A stretch of 40,000 nucleotides of DNA from Erwinia phage AH04: the sequence record MZ501267.1; one strand, given 5' to 3'. A program made the position numbers and the translations under genes. Under the pieces are notes generated by a model. That model did not search any database, was not told the origin of the DNA, and was given only the letters and a program-made list of their open reading frames with translations. Positions 1-8,790 of this stretch are shown in pieces; within the stretch, counting starts at the first letter, position 1; each line of letters opens with the position of its first letter.

Positions 1-1
1 A

Positions 2-220
2 GTCGCTATCGATGATTTAAACAAGATAACCGGCATCACCGATATCTTAGAGCAGTGGTCAATCGGTGCTGCTGCAGGTATTGGGGTGACCAATACCGGA
101 GATCTGATCCTGAAAGGTAAATTGGTGAATAACCATCTTGCTGTTCAGATCAACTTCGGTACGCAGAATAACCCTAATGTTCAAACCCGTTTCTTAGAGT
201 TGAAAACTAAAGCAGAATAA
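2..220 (+). CDS. 3' end of a hypothetical protein (truncated by window start; ...RFLELKTKAE*)
   Basis: Open frame from base 2 to TAA 218-220, followed by a perfect hairpin. Confidence 0.6.
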   Translation, partial: VAIDDLNKITGITDILEQWSIGAAAGIGVTNTGDLILKGKLVNNHLAVQINFGTQNNPNVQTRFLELKTKAE

Positions 221-229
221 CACCGTATA

Positions 230-255
230 GAGAACAGGGGTAAAACCCTGTTCTC
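230..255 (+). terminator. Hairpin terminator GAGAACAGGG-gtaaaa-CCCTGTTCTC
   Basis: Perfect 10-bp inverted repeat just after the stop codon. Confidence 0.75.
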
Positions 256-286
256 GATTATGCCGCGCTAAAATAATTTCAAACAA

Positions 287-302
287 ATATTATCATCATG
301 TA
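287..302 (+). promoter_or_regulatory. Putative phage promoter motif ATATTAT-catca-TGTA
   Basis: Matches a motif recurring in five intergenic regions; 26 nt upstream of the ATG at 328. Confidence 0.55.
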
Positions 303-327
303 CACTAATGTATAAGGTTTTTCTAAC

Positions 328-792
328 ATGGATAAAAAGCGAGCCGTATTAAAGGTTACCGTATATGCCGTTATCTCAGACATCCTGAAATGGATTCTTA
401 CTAAAGGTCGAACAACGATAACCCCCAAACGTGATTTCCAAGCCAAAGACCTCAAAGGTGTTTTTGTTATTGTTGATGAATTGGAACCCCTTCGTGATAC
501 TGAAGAAGTGTTATTTCATTTTCAGATATCTGCTGTTGGGAATCCCAACCGTTACCCGATCGACATTCTTGAAGTTGTCTGTCGTAAAGAGTGTCCGAAT
601 AAAAGATCGGGTATTTATATCCGATTCAGAGGTGGCGAAGTCCCAATCACACTGCATCCAAATATCTTGGTTTTAGATGACCTTTCTCTTAATGCATTAG
701 TCGGTGTCATTATTGACTCTAATGATGACCTACTTAACCTTATCAATCAATCCAGCGGAGGTACGCGTGAGATTAAAAGATCTGGTAAATGA
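328..792 (+). CDS. Hypothetical phage protein
   Basis: 154-aa ORF, first gene after a putative promoter. Confidence 0.75.
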   Translation: MDKKRAVLKVTVYAVISDILKWILTKGRTTITPKRDFQAKDLKGVFVIVDELEPLRDTEEVLFHFQISAVGNPNRYPIDILEVVCRKECPNKRSGIYIRFRGGEVPITLHPNILVLDDLSLNALVGVIIDSNDDLLNLINQSSGGTREIKRSGK

Positions 793-1141
793 GATCCTGA
801 TTGATGCGGCATTAAAGAACCCACCTAAGCCTTACAGAAACGTTTACTTTATCAAGGTGTTAAACCCTGGTGATCGAAAAAGTTTATTTGTAAGCTTTCG
901 TTATAAGTCATCTAAAAACGAAGTCTTTATTTGTTTCGTTGAAATCGATCTCAATAACACCGAAAGAAATGTGTCTTATGGGATAAGCTTCCTTATTCCC
1001 CGAGCACGTGAATCCACCACGTTCTTTAAGAAGTCAGAATTTATCCCTTATAAGGATATCATCGAAATCTTAAAGATGAAGGTTATTCCCACCTTCGTTG
1101 AGAAACTACAAAAAGTCGAGAGCCTGTATGAACAAGACTGA
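767..1141 (+). CDS. Hypothetical phage protein (start revised to GTG 767)
   Basis: The tracked ORF starts at 704, but GGAGG (757-761) sits 5 nt before GTG 767 in the same frame. Confidence 0.7.
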   Translation: MRLKDLVNEILIDAALKNPPKPYRNVYFIKVLNPGDRKSLFVSFRYKSSKNEVFICFVEIDLNNTERNVSYGISFLIPRARESTTFFKKSEFIPYKDIIEILKMKVIPTFVEKLQKVESLYEQD

Positions 1142-1523
1142 TATCATAAAACAATACGCTGAGAGAAAGCTGCGTGAAATTTGCAAAAGCTCTCAGGGTA
1201 AGCCGATTCCAAATTGGCACAACATCGAAGACATGCAAGGGTTTAGCTTCCGCATTACGGAAGGCGAGCTTAAGCTGGTATTCGGTATCACAGTTTACCC
1301 AGTTGACGAAGTCGGTCCTGGAAACTTCCTGGTAAGGCTGATAGGGACGTTTGTCAATGACCCTGTAATAAGAGACGGGTACGAATTCCAGGCAGCTCCT
1401 TTGGGCCTTGGTATTCAAATGGACCACGCTATGTTTGCTGAAGGTGAACAAGAGCTGATGGACGGCGTTTTGGAATGGATCTATGATGAGGCTGACAACA
1501 TCCTGTGTCAGATACTCGAATAA
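1128..1523 (+). CDS. Hypothetical phage protein (start revised to ATG 1128)
   Basis: Tracked start 1098 is a TTG deep inside the previous gene; ATG 1128 gives a 14-nt overlap. Confidence 0.7.
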   Translation: MNKTDIIKQYAERKLREICKSSQGKPIPNWHNIEDMQGFSFRITEGELKLVFGITVYPVDEVGPGNFLVRLIGTFVNDPVIRDGYEFQAAPLGLGIQMDHAMFAEGEQELMDGVLEWIYDEADNILCQILE

Positions 1524-1564
1524 CGTCTGTAATCAATCCTAAGCGTTTTATTTAAGTAATACTG

Positions 1565-1620
1565 GTCGTTCTATCATATAGACGACTAAATCGCATGAAG
1601 AAGGATTTGGAGCTTCATGC
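1565..1620 (+). promoter_or_regulatory. Two consecutive stem-loops in the leader/intergenic region upstream of the phage tubulin gene
   Basis: GTCGT-t-CTAT-cat-ATAG-ACGAC (1565-1586) and GCATGAAG-n12-CTTCATGC (1593-1620). Confidence 0.5.
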
Positions 1621-1658
1621 CAACTGACTAAGTAACGTTAACCCTTAAAGGAAATTAA

Positions 1659-2609
1659 ATGAAAGACTTTAACATCTATGCAGTAGGTGGTACTGGGATC
1701 AACATCGCTAACCGTTTTCTGAAAGACAACCGTAATGGTCGCGCCGTCGACACTATCGTTGGTTTCGATACGTCAAGCGCTAACCCAGTTTCAGATGGTC
1801 TGTTCAACGTTGAGCGTGTGCCGGATGCCGAAGGTTCTGGCGGTAACAAGAAAGCGCATGCTGATAAGTACCCTGATTTCGCCAAACAGATGCTGGCCAA
1901 ATATCCACCGAACCGTTTGAACATCGTGGTGTTCTCAACCGGTGGTGGTACTGGTGCATCTCTGGGTCCGTGGATTGTCCGTAATCTGCTGCAGCGTAAA
2001 GTTCCCGTCCTGGCGATTGTTATCGGTGACCGTTCAAGCTACAACGAACATGATAACACAATCGGTACCCTGGGTTCGCTGTACAACCAGACCAAGCTGG
2101 GTCATTCGGTTCTGTTCTCTTACATCGAAAACAAACCAACGGTTACTCAGGGTGACGTCAACGCCAATGCAGCTGCCCGCATTGATAATGCGATCATGTT
2201 GTTCAGCATGGAAAACGAACGTATCGACTATGCCGACGTGTTCAACTTCTTCTTCTACACTACCGTAGTTGATGCAGATCCGGTGTTGACTCAGTTGACT
2301 TTCCTGACTGACAATGATGTAGGCAACTACAAAAGCAAACCAGTCGCAGCATTAAGTCTGTACGCTGATGCGGATCAAATCAAATCTCCGTTCGAAGATC
2401 TGCTTTATCGTAAAGCGGGTATCTACGGTGAAACGTATCGCGGTATCACCCAGACTACTCACGCAGTCCTGGATCACGGTGACACGCTGGAAAACCTGAA
2501 AGAGATGATCAACAACAAAGCAGTGAAAACTGATCAACTCGCTGGCCAGTTCCGTAATAAAGGTAATCTGAACTTCGGCGGTAACGCTGACGATGATGGC
2601 ATGATGTAA
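1659..2609 (+). CDS. phuZ: PhuZ-like phage tubulin/FtsZ-family GTPase
   Basis: N-terminal YAVGGTGINIANRF, tubulin signature STGGGTGAS (1935-1961), 316 aa, acidic C-terminal tail NADDDGMM. Confidence 0.93.
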   Translation: MKDFNIYAVGGTGINIANRFLKDNRNGRAVDTIVGFDTSSANPVSDGLFNVERVPDAEGSGGNKKAHADKYPDFAKQMLAKYPPNRLNIVVFSTGGGTGASLGPWIVRNLLQRKVPVLAIVIGDRSSYNEHDNTIGTLGSLYNQTKLGHSVLFSYIENKPTVTQGDVNANAAARIDNAIMLFSMENERIDYADVFNFFFYTTVVDADPVLTQLTFLTDNDVGNYKSKPVAALSLYADADQIKSPFEDLLYRKAGIYGETYRGITQTTHAVLDHGDTLENLKEMINNKAVKTDQLAGQFRNKGNLNFGGNADDDGMM

Positions 2610-2617
2610 TAAAGGAG

Positions 2618-2637
2618 GCCCTAGGTAATCCTAGGGC
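2618..2637 (+). terminator. Hairpin GCCCTAGG-taat-CCTAGGGC followed by TTTTG
   Basis: Perfect 8-bp stem with short T-run right after phuZ. Confidence 0.8.
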
Positions 2638-2647
2638 TTTTGCCCCC

Positions 2648-2950
2648 ATGAAAAAAATTTTGTTTAATCTCGTCCATGAACGAACGGCATTGAACGTGGT
2701 TTCCGAAAATGACATTGGGTTGGCACATTCCATCTTGGCAAGCATTTGTCAAGAAAATGGGTTTCCGGTGGCAGAAGGATATTACGATCCTAGCCTGTCT
2801 TTTGACCATACTTATATCTATAAAAGTATCCGCAATTATGTCGAGCCTTTATTGCTTGGCGTTTGTGTTACCGACTATGCTGTCTTGGCTAGTCTGGGCA
2901 ATCTTAAATTTCAACTCACACTTCACTCGAGCAACCCATGTATAATGTAG
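2648..2950 (+). CDS. Hypothetical protein
   Basis: 100-aa ORF overlapping the next gene by 13 nt. Confidence 0.6.
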   Translation: MKKILFNLVHERTALNVVSENDIGLAHSILASICQENGFPVAEGYYDPSLSFDHTYIYKSIRNYVEPLLLGVCVTDYAVLASLGNLKFQLTLHSSNPCIM

Positions 2951-3420
2951 AAAGTCGGACACTTAAGACAGAGATAGGAATCCTGTTATATTCATCGGTC
3001 ACTGAAGACAAAAAGATCGAAGAAATAATTGCGTATTACTATCCTCTTCTTTTGGATATGATGGTGAATGTTCTTAACAACCGTCATCGTTCAACGGAAG
3101 ATGCAATCTTCGAAGAGCTGAAAAAGTATTACGATGATCCAGGACTTCAGTTGTTCTACGGTATGCTTTACGAAGAAATTCGTATGATCAAGAAACAGTT
3201 TATTATTGCCGGTTTTGACCCACGGTTGAAATATAAACTGGTCGAACGTACTCTCCCACGCAGTACCATTAAACTGCATGCGATCTGTATGGACCTGGAA
3301 GCAACCATGGACCATATGTTGGTTCAACCTGAAACTGGATCGGACAATCAAGATGTCAGTGACGCCGTTATCGACAACCCAACAATTGACCAACTCGAGT
3401 CCTACTTCGATAAACGGTAG
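2938..3420 (+). CDS. Hypothetical protein
   Basis: 160-aa ORF; reads into a second frame with no clear start codon (see findings). Confidence 0.65.
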   Translation: MYNVESRTLKTEIGILLYSSVTEDKKIEEIIAYYYPLLLDMMVNVLNNRHRSTEDAIFEELKKYYDDPGLQLFYGMLYEEIRMIKKQFIIAGFDPRLKYKLVERTLPRSTIKLHAICMDLEATMDHMLVQPETGSDNQDVSDAVIDNPTIDQLESYFDKR

Positions 3421-3979
3421 AATCGAATTTGGTTCTTTTGATTCAATCATCGAAGAGTCCCTCGAACAAAAGCAATACCTTTCTTACCGGTTAATCAATA
3501 TCGCTGACAAACCCAATTTGATCTGGGGATTGCGGGAATGGCTAATTCGCCAAGCAGGGTACTTTGAAATTGTTGGATATGTACGGACTCCTGATCTTGC
3601 TTACTGGTATGACAATGAAGCATTAATAGAAGAGTTTGATGATCTTCTTTTATTGTTCCGTGATTATGTCAGATTCCAGAAAGGAATCAATTCAGACAAC
3701 AAGTACAAGCTGTACCGGTTCATGGATAACATGAACTTCATCTTGCGTGAAATTGTTGAAGGTGAAACCGACGAACCCACTGATCTCGGTTACACTGTGA
3801 ATGAAACGTTTTTCAGTGAGCTCTGGCCAGAGTTAGCAAAGGAATTTAAGAAATTCGAAGGTATGTTGGAAGACAAATACGGACATCAGCTTGATGTCGG
3901 GGCGCTTTTCAACCAAGTCTGCTGGAATGGCAATGGTTTAGCTTGGGAAGCATCAAAGGTCGTTAAAGCAGAGGAGTAA
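3386..3979 (+). CDS. Hypothetical protein; start uncertain (non-AUG start or +1 frameshift from 2938-3420)
   Basis: Tracked ORF is 3278-3979, but the part before about 3420 is an out-of-frame reading of the upstream gene. TTG 3386 is the last canonical start before the unique region and lacks a Shine-Dalgarno. Confidence 0.55.
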   Translation: MTNSSPTSINGRIEFGSFDSIIEESLEQKQYLSYRLINIADKPNLIWGLREWLIRQAGYFEIVGYVRTPDLAYWYDNEALIEEFDDLLLLFRDYVRFQKGINSDNKYKLYRFMDNMNFILREIVEGETDEPTDLGYTVNETFFSELWPELAKEFKKFEGMLEDKYGHQLDVGALFNQVCWNGNGLAWEASKVVKAEE

Positions 3980-3981
3980 GA

Positions 3982-4281
3982 ATGAAGTTGCATAGTTGCA
4001 ACATCTTTCCGATTCTCCGTGTAGCTACACGATATCAGCTGGATTCTGAGAAACTCTTTAGTATCATTTTGGATTTCCTCTCGCATCGTCGGGAGGAAAT
4101 CCTTAATACTCAGCTGTCCAGATGGTTCAATCCATTCGACGTTGATATTAAAAGAGAACTCAAACCTATTTTATATGAGCTGATAAGTGAATTGAACTAT
4201 ACGGATAACGTAGACAATTTCTTTATCAAGAATAACCGTTTCTATATTAAGGACCACGTAAATGAATCTAATGAGTGGTGA
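3982..4281 (+). CDS. Hypothetical protein
   Basis: 99-aa ORF overlapping the next gene by 20 nt. Confidence 0.6.
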   Translation: MKLHSCNIFPILRVATRYQLDSEKLFSIILDFLSHRREEILNTQLSRWFNPFDVDIKRELKPILYELISELNYTDNVDNFFIKNNRFYIKDHVNESNEW

Positions 4282-4594
4282 TGATCCGATGTACCTGCCA
4301 GACCTGCCCATCGTATTTAGTTGGTCGCTGAGTCTTCCAGGTGTTCCTTTTACTAGCATCCTCAATAGTGTCATTCTGTTGTTCAACACGTACAACATTC
4401 GACATTCATCGGCTTTGGATTCTGAAGCGGATATGCAAATCACAACCGGTAACCCGGAAACCGACGAACGGTTTATGGCTGATTATTTGAACTTCAAAAT
4501 GTTTCTGGATGGACTTAACCGGGAATATGAGGATATTCAATGTGATCTCCAAGGAACCGGGATCGGTTTATACATGACCTTTAAGTGCAGGTAA
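4262..4594 (+). CDS. Hypothetical protein
   Basis: 110-aa ORF in a tightly packed series. Confidence 0.6.
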   Translation: MNLMSGDDPMYLPDLPIVFSWSLSLPGVPFTSILNSVILLFNTYNIRHSSALDSEADMQITTGNPETDERFMADYLNFKMFLDGLNREYEDIQCDLQGTGIGLYMTFKCR

Positions 4595-4597
4595 TGC

Positions 4598-5272
4598 ATG
4601 TACATAAAAGCAAACCACTTCAACTACGATAAGCTATTGGGAGGTATCGTAGAACACTTAGATCTTCAGGACACACCGCTTGATGATCAAATGGTGTCAA
4701 ATGTATTTAAAGGGTTTGAGTCTACCTATAAAGAACTCCGTGCTAATCAGAAGTTGGAAGAGTGGCAAGAACAGATCGTCGTTCAGTTCTTAGCTTCGAT
4801 CCAAACCACGGTGATGTATTATGCTAGCTCATGGTTCAATGATGATGACGAACCACGAGAAGTAATGGGTTATACCGAGGTATTGGCCAAGTTGCTGGAT
4901 TCTCTTGCGGATTGTCTTACCGGTACTGGCGATGACGATATGATCGAATATGTGGACTCTTTCATAGACCGTATCGTAACCGGTGACATCAAAGAAGTTA
5001 AATTTACTAACGATCTGAAATATTGTCTCATCAATGGTGCAGAACTCGACGCAGAACAGTTTGCTAACTTTCTGCGCAGCTGGGTAGAAAGTCATCTGTC
5101 AAATGAACTGGAAGGGATCAATGGTTTCTTGTTCGATGCGATCAATGAAAACGTTCTTCCTCGAGAGTACATGAAAGATATTAACGTCATGGACATTCCT
5201 GGATCAAAAGCAAAACACGGGGATACTTTGATAACCTTCCCACTTATTTTGCTTGAGGTTCATAACCGATGA
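4598..5272 (+). CDS. Hypothetical protein
   Basis: 224-aa ORF, ATGA overlap with the next gene. Confidence 0.75.
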   Translation: MYIKANHFNYDKLLGGIVEHLDLQDTPLDDQMVSNVFKGFESTYKELRANQKLEEWQEQIVVQFLASIQTTVMYYASSWFNDDDEPREVMGYTEVLAKLLDSLADCLTGTGDDDMIEYVDSFIDRIVTGDIKEVKFTNDLKYCLINGAELDAEQFANFLRSWVESHLSNELEGINGFLFDAINENVLPREYMKDINVMDIPGSKAKHGDTLITFPLILLEVHNR

Positions 5273-5691
5273 CAGATATCGCCCTTATCAAGAAAGATGA
5301 CATCATCAATTTTGATATGATTGCACCGGGCATTTATGGGGATCAGTATAAGGCAGCATTGGTTAGCGGGATCGTTGACTATAATACCGCTCGATTGATT
5401 GATCCCTCTATTGATGTGAAACACGCCAACTTCTATCCTTTCTTCAAAGATAAAGTTGACAACGTCAATAGCCCGAGTATTTATAACTACTTTATCCTGC
5501 AGTTAGACAAAACCAAGTCTAACCTGGTGGTGATCGGTTTCCCTTGGATTAATGTTGATTCACTGGTGACTATCACTACCCGTAACGCAACTGTACTCAT
5601 TCAGAACTTCCAGGAATGGCAGCGCGCTCCGCTGGTTGATTTCTTGAACAGCTTGAATGTGACTTACACGTATAAAGTAGACGATCAATAA
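5269..5691 (+). CDS. Hypothetical protein
   Basis: 140-aa ORF, ATGA overlap with the previous gene. Confidence 0.75.
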   Translation: MTDIALIKKDDIINFDMIAPGIYGDQYKAALVSGIVDYNTARLIDPSIDVKHANFYPFFKDKVDNVNSPSIYNYFILQLDKTKSNLVVIGFPWINVDSLVTITTRNATVLIQNFQEWQRAPLVDFLNSLNVTYTYKVDDQ

Positions 5692-5710
5692 AAATAGTAT
5701 CCTATTACTG

Positions 5711-5730
5711 GACCTACCATACGGTAGGTC
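5711..5730 (+). terminator. Hairpin GACCTACC-atac-GGTAGGTC
   Basis: Perfect 8-bp stem, AT-rich downstream. Confidence 0.75.
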
Positions 5731-5783
5731 TGGTAATATATTTACCTATTATTATTATTTTTTCTCTTAATGAGGGAATCGAG

Positions 5784-7862
5784 ATGTCTGGAGTGGGTCC
5801 ATTTCTCTCAGAGGAATACAGTAGCGACCGCAACATACTGAAACACGCTATTAGCCAACATGCGACGTTTCTTGCGAAGACGCGCGGTGAAGATGAATCT
5901 GAGATCAGAAATAATCTGATAAAATATTTTAAAGAGAAGAAAGATGAGTTCCGTTCTCGTCGTGCCAAAGTCATTATTAAGAATAAACTTGGCGACCGCG
6001 AAATGCACGTTATCCCTTTCTCTTCTGTATTAAAGCACGTACAAGAAAAGAACTACCACTTCTCCCCTTCCATGGTTGGGTACACTAACTCAGAAGAAGA
6101 AGAGTGTATCAACTCAGTCGGTACCCGGTTGTTCATTGATAACCGTAACTACTATAAAGGTCTGCGCAAGAAAGCCCACAAAGCGGGCGATGATGATCTT
6201 TATGATAAGTACCACGAATTACAGAACGCCTTTAAGATCTTTAACAACGCACAGTCAGGGGCAATGTCATCTGAAGGAACACCGATCAACAACAAGACCG
6301 GACACACTTCATTAACGTCTACCTGCCGCTGCCTGACGTCCACAGCGAACTTAATTAACGAACAGTTCATTGCCGGTAACCGTTTCTATAACACTCCGGA
6401 GAATACGTTACAGTCGTTAATGGCACGTCTTCAAGTTACCGACCTGAAGAAACTGGAAACAGTAATGGAGAAATACAAACTTCATTACCCAACCGTTGAT
6501 CAGGTTATGGAACGTGTGCGTTACTGTTCAGGTCGTTATTGGGATTCCGCGAAGTTCATGGATATTATTCATAACTTCTTAAAGGAACTGTCGAATCTTC
6601 ATTTGGCATCTATTCTGTATACCCTTGATCTGGTCTCTTTATTTGCCCACAACAAAGAAACGATCTCCACGTTCTTTGATGAATTTGCGGCACTTAAGAA
6701 ACCGGAAGAAGGGAAAGAAGCCAAAGATTACCTCGCACCGGATAACGATGACAAATATGTACTGGCGGTATCCAAGCTTCCGCGCAGTGCAACCATGTTG
6801 GATATCTCTGCACTGAACCAACATCACGATTACGTTGAAAAGAAATACGCTGACTTAATGAACGTGTTCTTCAAATCAGTGATTCCACCGTCAGGGTTAT
6901 TCGATGTAACGTCTTCTATTCGTGATTGTGTATTGACTTCAGATACCGACTCCTCTATCTATACCGTGGATGAGATGATCGAAGCGTACACTGATGATCG
7001 TGATAAAGGGATTAAACTGAATGCGGTATTGACTTACTTCATTCGTATGATCTCTGTTGACCAGCATCAGCAGTTGTCTGCTAACCTGAACGTCAGTACC
7101 CGTAACCTGCGTATGCTGGGGATGAAGAACGAGTACTATTTTGGTGCGTATGTAACAACGTTGATGTCAAAACACTATTACGCCAGTCAGCAGATGGTTG
7201 AAGGTGTGATGAACGAAAAACCTGAAATGGAAATCAAAGGGGTTCACCTTAAGTCATCGAAGATTGCCAAGAACATTAAAGACTTTGCTCAAAAGCTCAT
7301 GGTTGATACCTTAGAAGCTATTGAACATAAGCACAAACTGGATGCACCTGAAATCTTGAAAGGGATTGGGGATCTGGAGCGTACCATCGTTAATGATATT
7401 AACAGTGGTGATTGGAAATGGTTATCTCGTCAAGGGGTTAAAGGTAAAGCAGCTTATACCAATCCAAATGGTTCGGTGTACTTCTACCATGAGCTGTGGG
7501 AGAATGTGTTCAGCAAGAAATACGGTCCTGCTCCTGAGCTTCCTTATGTGGGTGTGAAGATGTCAGTTGCTTTGGGATCCAAATCTAAGATGAAAGCCTG
7601 GATTGACTCCATCGAAGATAAAGAAATCAAAGCCAGTCTTGAAGAGTTCTTCTTGATGACCGGTCGTACAGATCTTGGTAACATCGTTATTCCAATGGAG
7701 CGCCTTCAGTACATCCAAGGTATCCCAGAAGAGATCAAACAAGCGGTGGATTATCGTACTGTAATTAAACAGAACCTGAAGTGTGTTTATGAAGTCTTAA
7801 ACTCAACAGGTCTGTACTTTATGAACGATTCCATTACGCGTTTGGTAAGTGACGAGCATTAA
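5784..7862 (+). CDS. Divergent family-B DNA polymerase, palm/thumb portion
   Basis: LTSDTDSSIYTVDE (motif C DTDS, DTD codons 6942-6950); motif-B-like ELQNAFKIFNNAQSGAMSS; 692 aa. Confidence 0.8.
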   Translation: MSGVGPFLSEEYSSDRNILKHAISQHATFLAKTRGEDESEIRNNLIKYFKEKKDEFRSRRAKVIIKNKLGDREMHVIPFSSVLKHVQEKNYHFSPSMVGYTNSEEEECINSVGTRLFIDNRNYYKGLRKKAHKAGDDDLYDKYHELQNAFKIFNNAQSGAMSSEGTPINNKTGHTSLTSTCRCLTSTANLINEQFIAGNRFYNTPENTLQSLMARLQVTDLKKLETVMEKYKLHYPTVDQVMERVRYCSGRYWDSAKFMDIIHNFLKELSNLHLASILYTLDLVSLFAHNKETISTFFDEFAALKKPEEGKEAKDYLAPDNDDKYVLAVSKLPRSATMLDISALNQHHDYVEKKYADLMNVFFKSVIPPSGLFDVTSSIRDCVLTSDTDSSIYTVDEMIEAYTDDRDKGIKLNAVLTYFIRMISVDQHQQLSANLNVSTRNLRMLGMKNEYYFGAYVTTLMSKHYYASQQMVEGVMNEKPEMEIKGVHLKSSKIAKNIKDFAQKLMVDTLEAIEHKHKLDAPEILKGIGDLERTIVNDINSGDWKWLSRQGVKGKAAYTNPNGSVYFYHELWENVFSKKYGPAPELPYVGVKMSVALGSKSKMKAWIDSIEDKEIKASLEEFFLMTGRTDLGNIVIPMERLQYIQGIPEEIKQAVDYRTVIKQNLKCVYEVLNSTGLYFMNDSITRLVSDEH

Positions 7863-7875
7863 TAGTATCGAGTGA

Positions 7876-7892
7876 GGGCGGGAGTACCGCCC
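7876..7892 (+). terminator. Hairpin GGGCGG-gagta-CCGCCC
   Basis: Perfect GC-only 6-bp stem after the polymerase stop codon. Confidence 0.65.
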
Positions 7893-7936
7893 ATGACTCT
7901 TCCGTAGTGATAAACCCAATAAGCGAGGAGCTTATA

Positions 7937-8728
7937 ATGAAAGAAGAAACAGGCTTTGTAGATAATCCATTCATTTGGAAATCGCCCTCTATATTAGCAA
8001 GTGTCAATATCGATCCAACCAGATATTCTCACCTGTTAATTTATCAGGATTATTGTCAGATCGTTGTAGGGCATGTGACATCTCCGTCGCTAGATAAATC
8101 AGATGCTGCAACAATATTGAAAGAACTTAAAGGACTTATTTCTTCGTTTGGATCGACTAAATCCAGACTGTCCGCAGTTAAGTACACACCAACAACGATT
8201 AAAGTAGGACAGTGTATATTGTTGGGTAGACCAGGACACGACGGTCTTGTGAGAGCGTTGGAGTTATACGTCTCTGACGGCCCTTATCCCAAGAACATTC
8301 CCTATACTAACAAAATTGACAGTGGATCAGAAATTATAGTCAAGGAAAGGGTAGGTAAGGTCAGCCTTCATTCATGGTGGGATTTCAAACGTTATAGTTT
8401 TGGGTCTTCCATGCAATTAACAATCGTCGGTCCCTATGAAATATTTTCATTTGGATTCAATGACAAAACGACCATCGATAAGTTATCTGAGGCCGTTAAA
8501 TTTCTGATTAAAACAGACATCAGAGAAATAAAAATAGACACCAAACCTGAATGGCCTGATGAACTTAACCTGCGTGTGTTCAAACAGTCTGTCTGCGGTG
8601 AGCCAGCTGTTTGTATTTCTACTGATACCATTATGGGTAACCAGCGGTCCCTAATTTTTATTGGCAAGGAATCAGGAGCCCGATTCTTAGAGTTCTTGAA
8701 AAAGGCCAAACGGTCGACTGAAAAATAA
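7937..8728 (+). CDS. Hypothetical protein (start revised from 7907)
   Basis: GCGAGGAG precedes ATG 7937; the tracked GTG at 7907 would place that SD inside the gene. Confidence 0.7.
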   Translation: MKEETGFVDNPFIWKSPSILASVNIDPTRYSHLLIYQDYCQIVVGHVTSPSLDKSDAATILKELKGLISSFGSTKSRLSAVKYTPTTIKVGQCILLGRPGHDGLVRALELYVSDGPYPKNIPYTNKIDSGSEIIVKERVGKVSLHSWWDFKRYSFGSSMQLTIVGPYEIFSFGFNDKTTIDKLSEAVKFLIKTDIREIKIDTKPEWPDELNLRVFKQSVCGEPAVCISTDTIMGNQRSLIFIGKESGARFLEFLKKAKRSTEK

Positions 8729-8751
8729 TCAATTTTATGTAAAACAATTTA

Positions 8752-8781
8752 GAACTCTACCTGGATATCCAGGTAGAGTTC
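8752..8781. terminator. Bidirectional hairpin GAACTCTACCTGG-atat-CCAGGTAGAGTTC
   Basis: Perfect 13-bp stem between convergent genes. Confidence 0.85.
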
Positions 8782-8790
8782 AACGTTGCG

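Noticed and set aside
5735-5765. AT-rich tract before the DNA polymerase gene as a promoter copy
   Set aside because: Rich in ATATATTTA/ATTATT but no ATATTAT-N5-TGTA spacing; likely only AT-rich leader.
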